A stretch of DNA of 64,000 nucleotides. Origin: an uncultured Planctomycetaceae bacterium (GTDB lineage Bacteria; Planctomycetota; Planctomycetia; Planctomycetales; Planctomycetaceae). The position numbers and the translations under genes are program-made. The stretch covers positions 384,001 to 448,000 of the forward strand of contig CAWFGE010000012.1 of assembly GCA_963815195.1 (NCBI GenBank). The letters are read 5' to 3'. Below, piece after piece: positions 63,402 through 64,000 of the stretch (positions are counted from its first letter, which is position 1; every line of letters starts with the position of its first letter). The notes under the pieces are model-generated. The model was not told where the DNA came from. It saw only the letters and a list, made by a program, of their open reading frames with translations, and did not search any database.

Positions 63402-64000
63402 ATGAAAGTTGCTTGCTCGCCGCGGTTGTCCCGCGGTTCCTGGTTGATCGTCGGCTTAGTGTTCCTCGGCTTGGGAAGTTTGCTCGCGGAGGAGTTCACG
63501 CAAAAGCCCAGCGTGGCTCCGTCGGAAGTTCGTAAAACTGCGTCGACCGAGAAAAAAACGGACACCCCGAAATCCGAACCGGAACCCGAACTAAAAATCA
63601 CCGGCCCGAAGCCGGAGTGGATTTGGGGGCCGGATGCAAATAAAGCCTACACGCTCACCAAGGAATTCGAAGCCGACTCGAAGACCGCCATTTTGATCGC
63701 CAGCTGCGACAATCAGATGGACGTGCTGCTCAACGGCAAACGGGTCGCGGCAAGCAGCAACTGGGAAGCGCCCGTGGTGGTCGAAGTGCAAAAGGACTTA
63801 AAGCCCGGCAAGAACGTCATCACGGCCAAAGTCCAAAACCAGGGCGGACCGTCGGGCTTCGTCGCCAAGTTGATCCTCAAAGGCGCGGACGGCAAACCGC
63901 GGTACGTTCTCACCGATAAAACCTGGCAAGCGAAATCGGGCGACGAAACCGTGGCCGTCAAAACTCTCGGAAAGCTCGGCAAAGCGCCTTGGGGGGATGT
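63402..64000 (+). CDS. Secreted protein, N-terminal beta-sandwich (runs off window end)
   Basis: Manual translation (not in the ORF track): signal peptide, PEWIWG, CDNQMDVLLNGK, LKPGKNVITAKVQNQGGPSG, TDKTW. AAGGA RBS. Confidence 0.65.
   Translation, partial: MKVACSPRLSRGSWLIVGLVFLGLGSLLAEEFTQKPSVAPSEVRKTASTEKKTDTPKSEPEPELKITGPKPEWIWGPDANKAYTLTKEFEADSKTAILIASCDNQMDVLLNGKRVAASSNWEAPVVVEVQKDLKPGKNVITAKVQNQGGPSGFVAKLILKGADGKPRYVLTDKTWQAKSGDETVAVKTLGKLGKAPWGD

Noticed and set aside
1..64000. Prophage, IS, integron, tRNA or rRNA
   Set aside because: No transposase, integrase or phage genes, and no recognisable tRNA or rRNA sequence, were seen by eye.

Overview
A GC-rich bacterial chromosome segment (hand counts of sample lines give about 60-67% GC). 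It is most likely from Planctomycetota, judging from the TIGR02996+LRR, DUF1559, DUF1080, sulfatase and PmoA/DUF6807-type genes and the many short palindromic repeats. About 36 genes can be read: cls (partial), dapA, recG, a DinG/YoaA helicase, aroA, amt, plsC, NRAMP and MMPL transporters, two sulfatases, two amidohydrolases, hemP and others. About 19 single indels split genes, including dapA, aroA and recG, and look like unpolished long-read errors. No rRNA, tRNA, CRISPR array, transposase or integrase was seen. The best candidate for an undescribed system is an ECF sigma factor translationally coupled to a ~9.5 kb (~3,180 aa) gene with the apparent order TM / LolA-like / FecR-like / VIT / vWA / LolA-like / TPR, lying directly downstream of a DUF2760-Hsp70 pair. 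Other highlights are a coupled pair of paralogous secreted beta-proteins with a self-similar N/C strand, an extended DUF2868 + DUF3482 GTPase module, a nested repeat cluster at 484-1130, a REP-like element inside a CDS, an orphan terminator suggesting an sRNA, and a perfect 9-1-9 palindrome upstream of hemP. All family calls come from motif recognition by eye; no database search was run.
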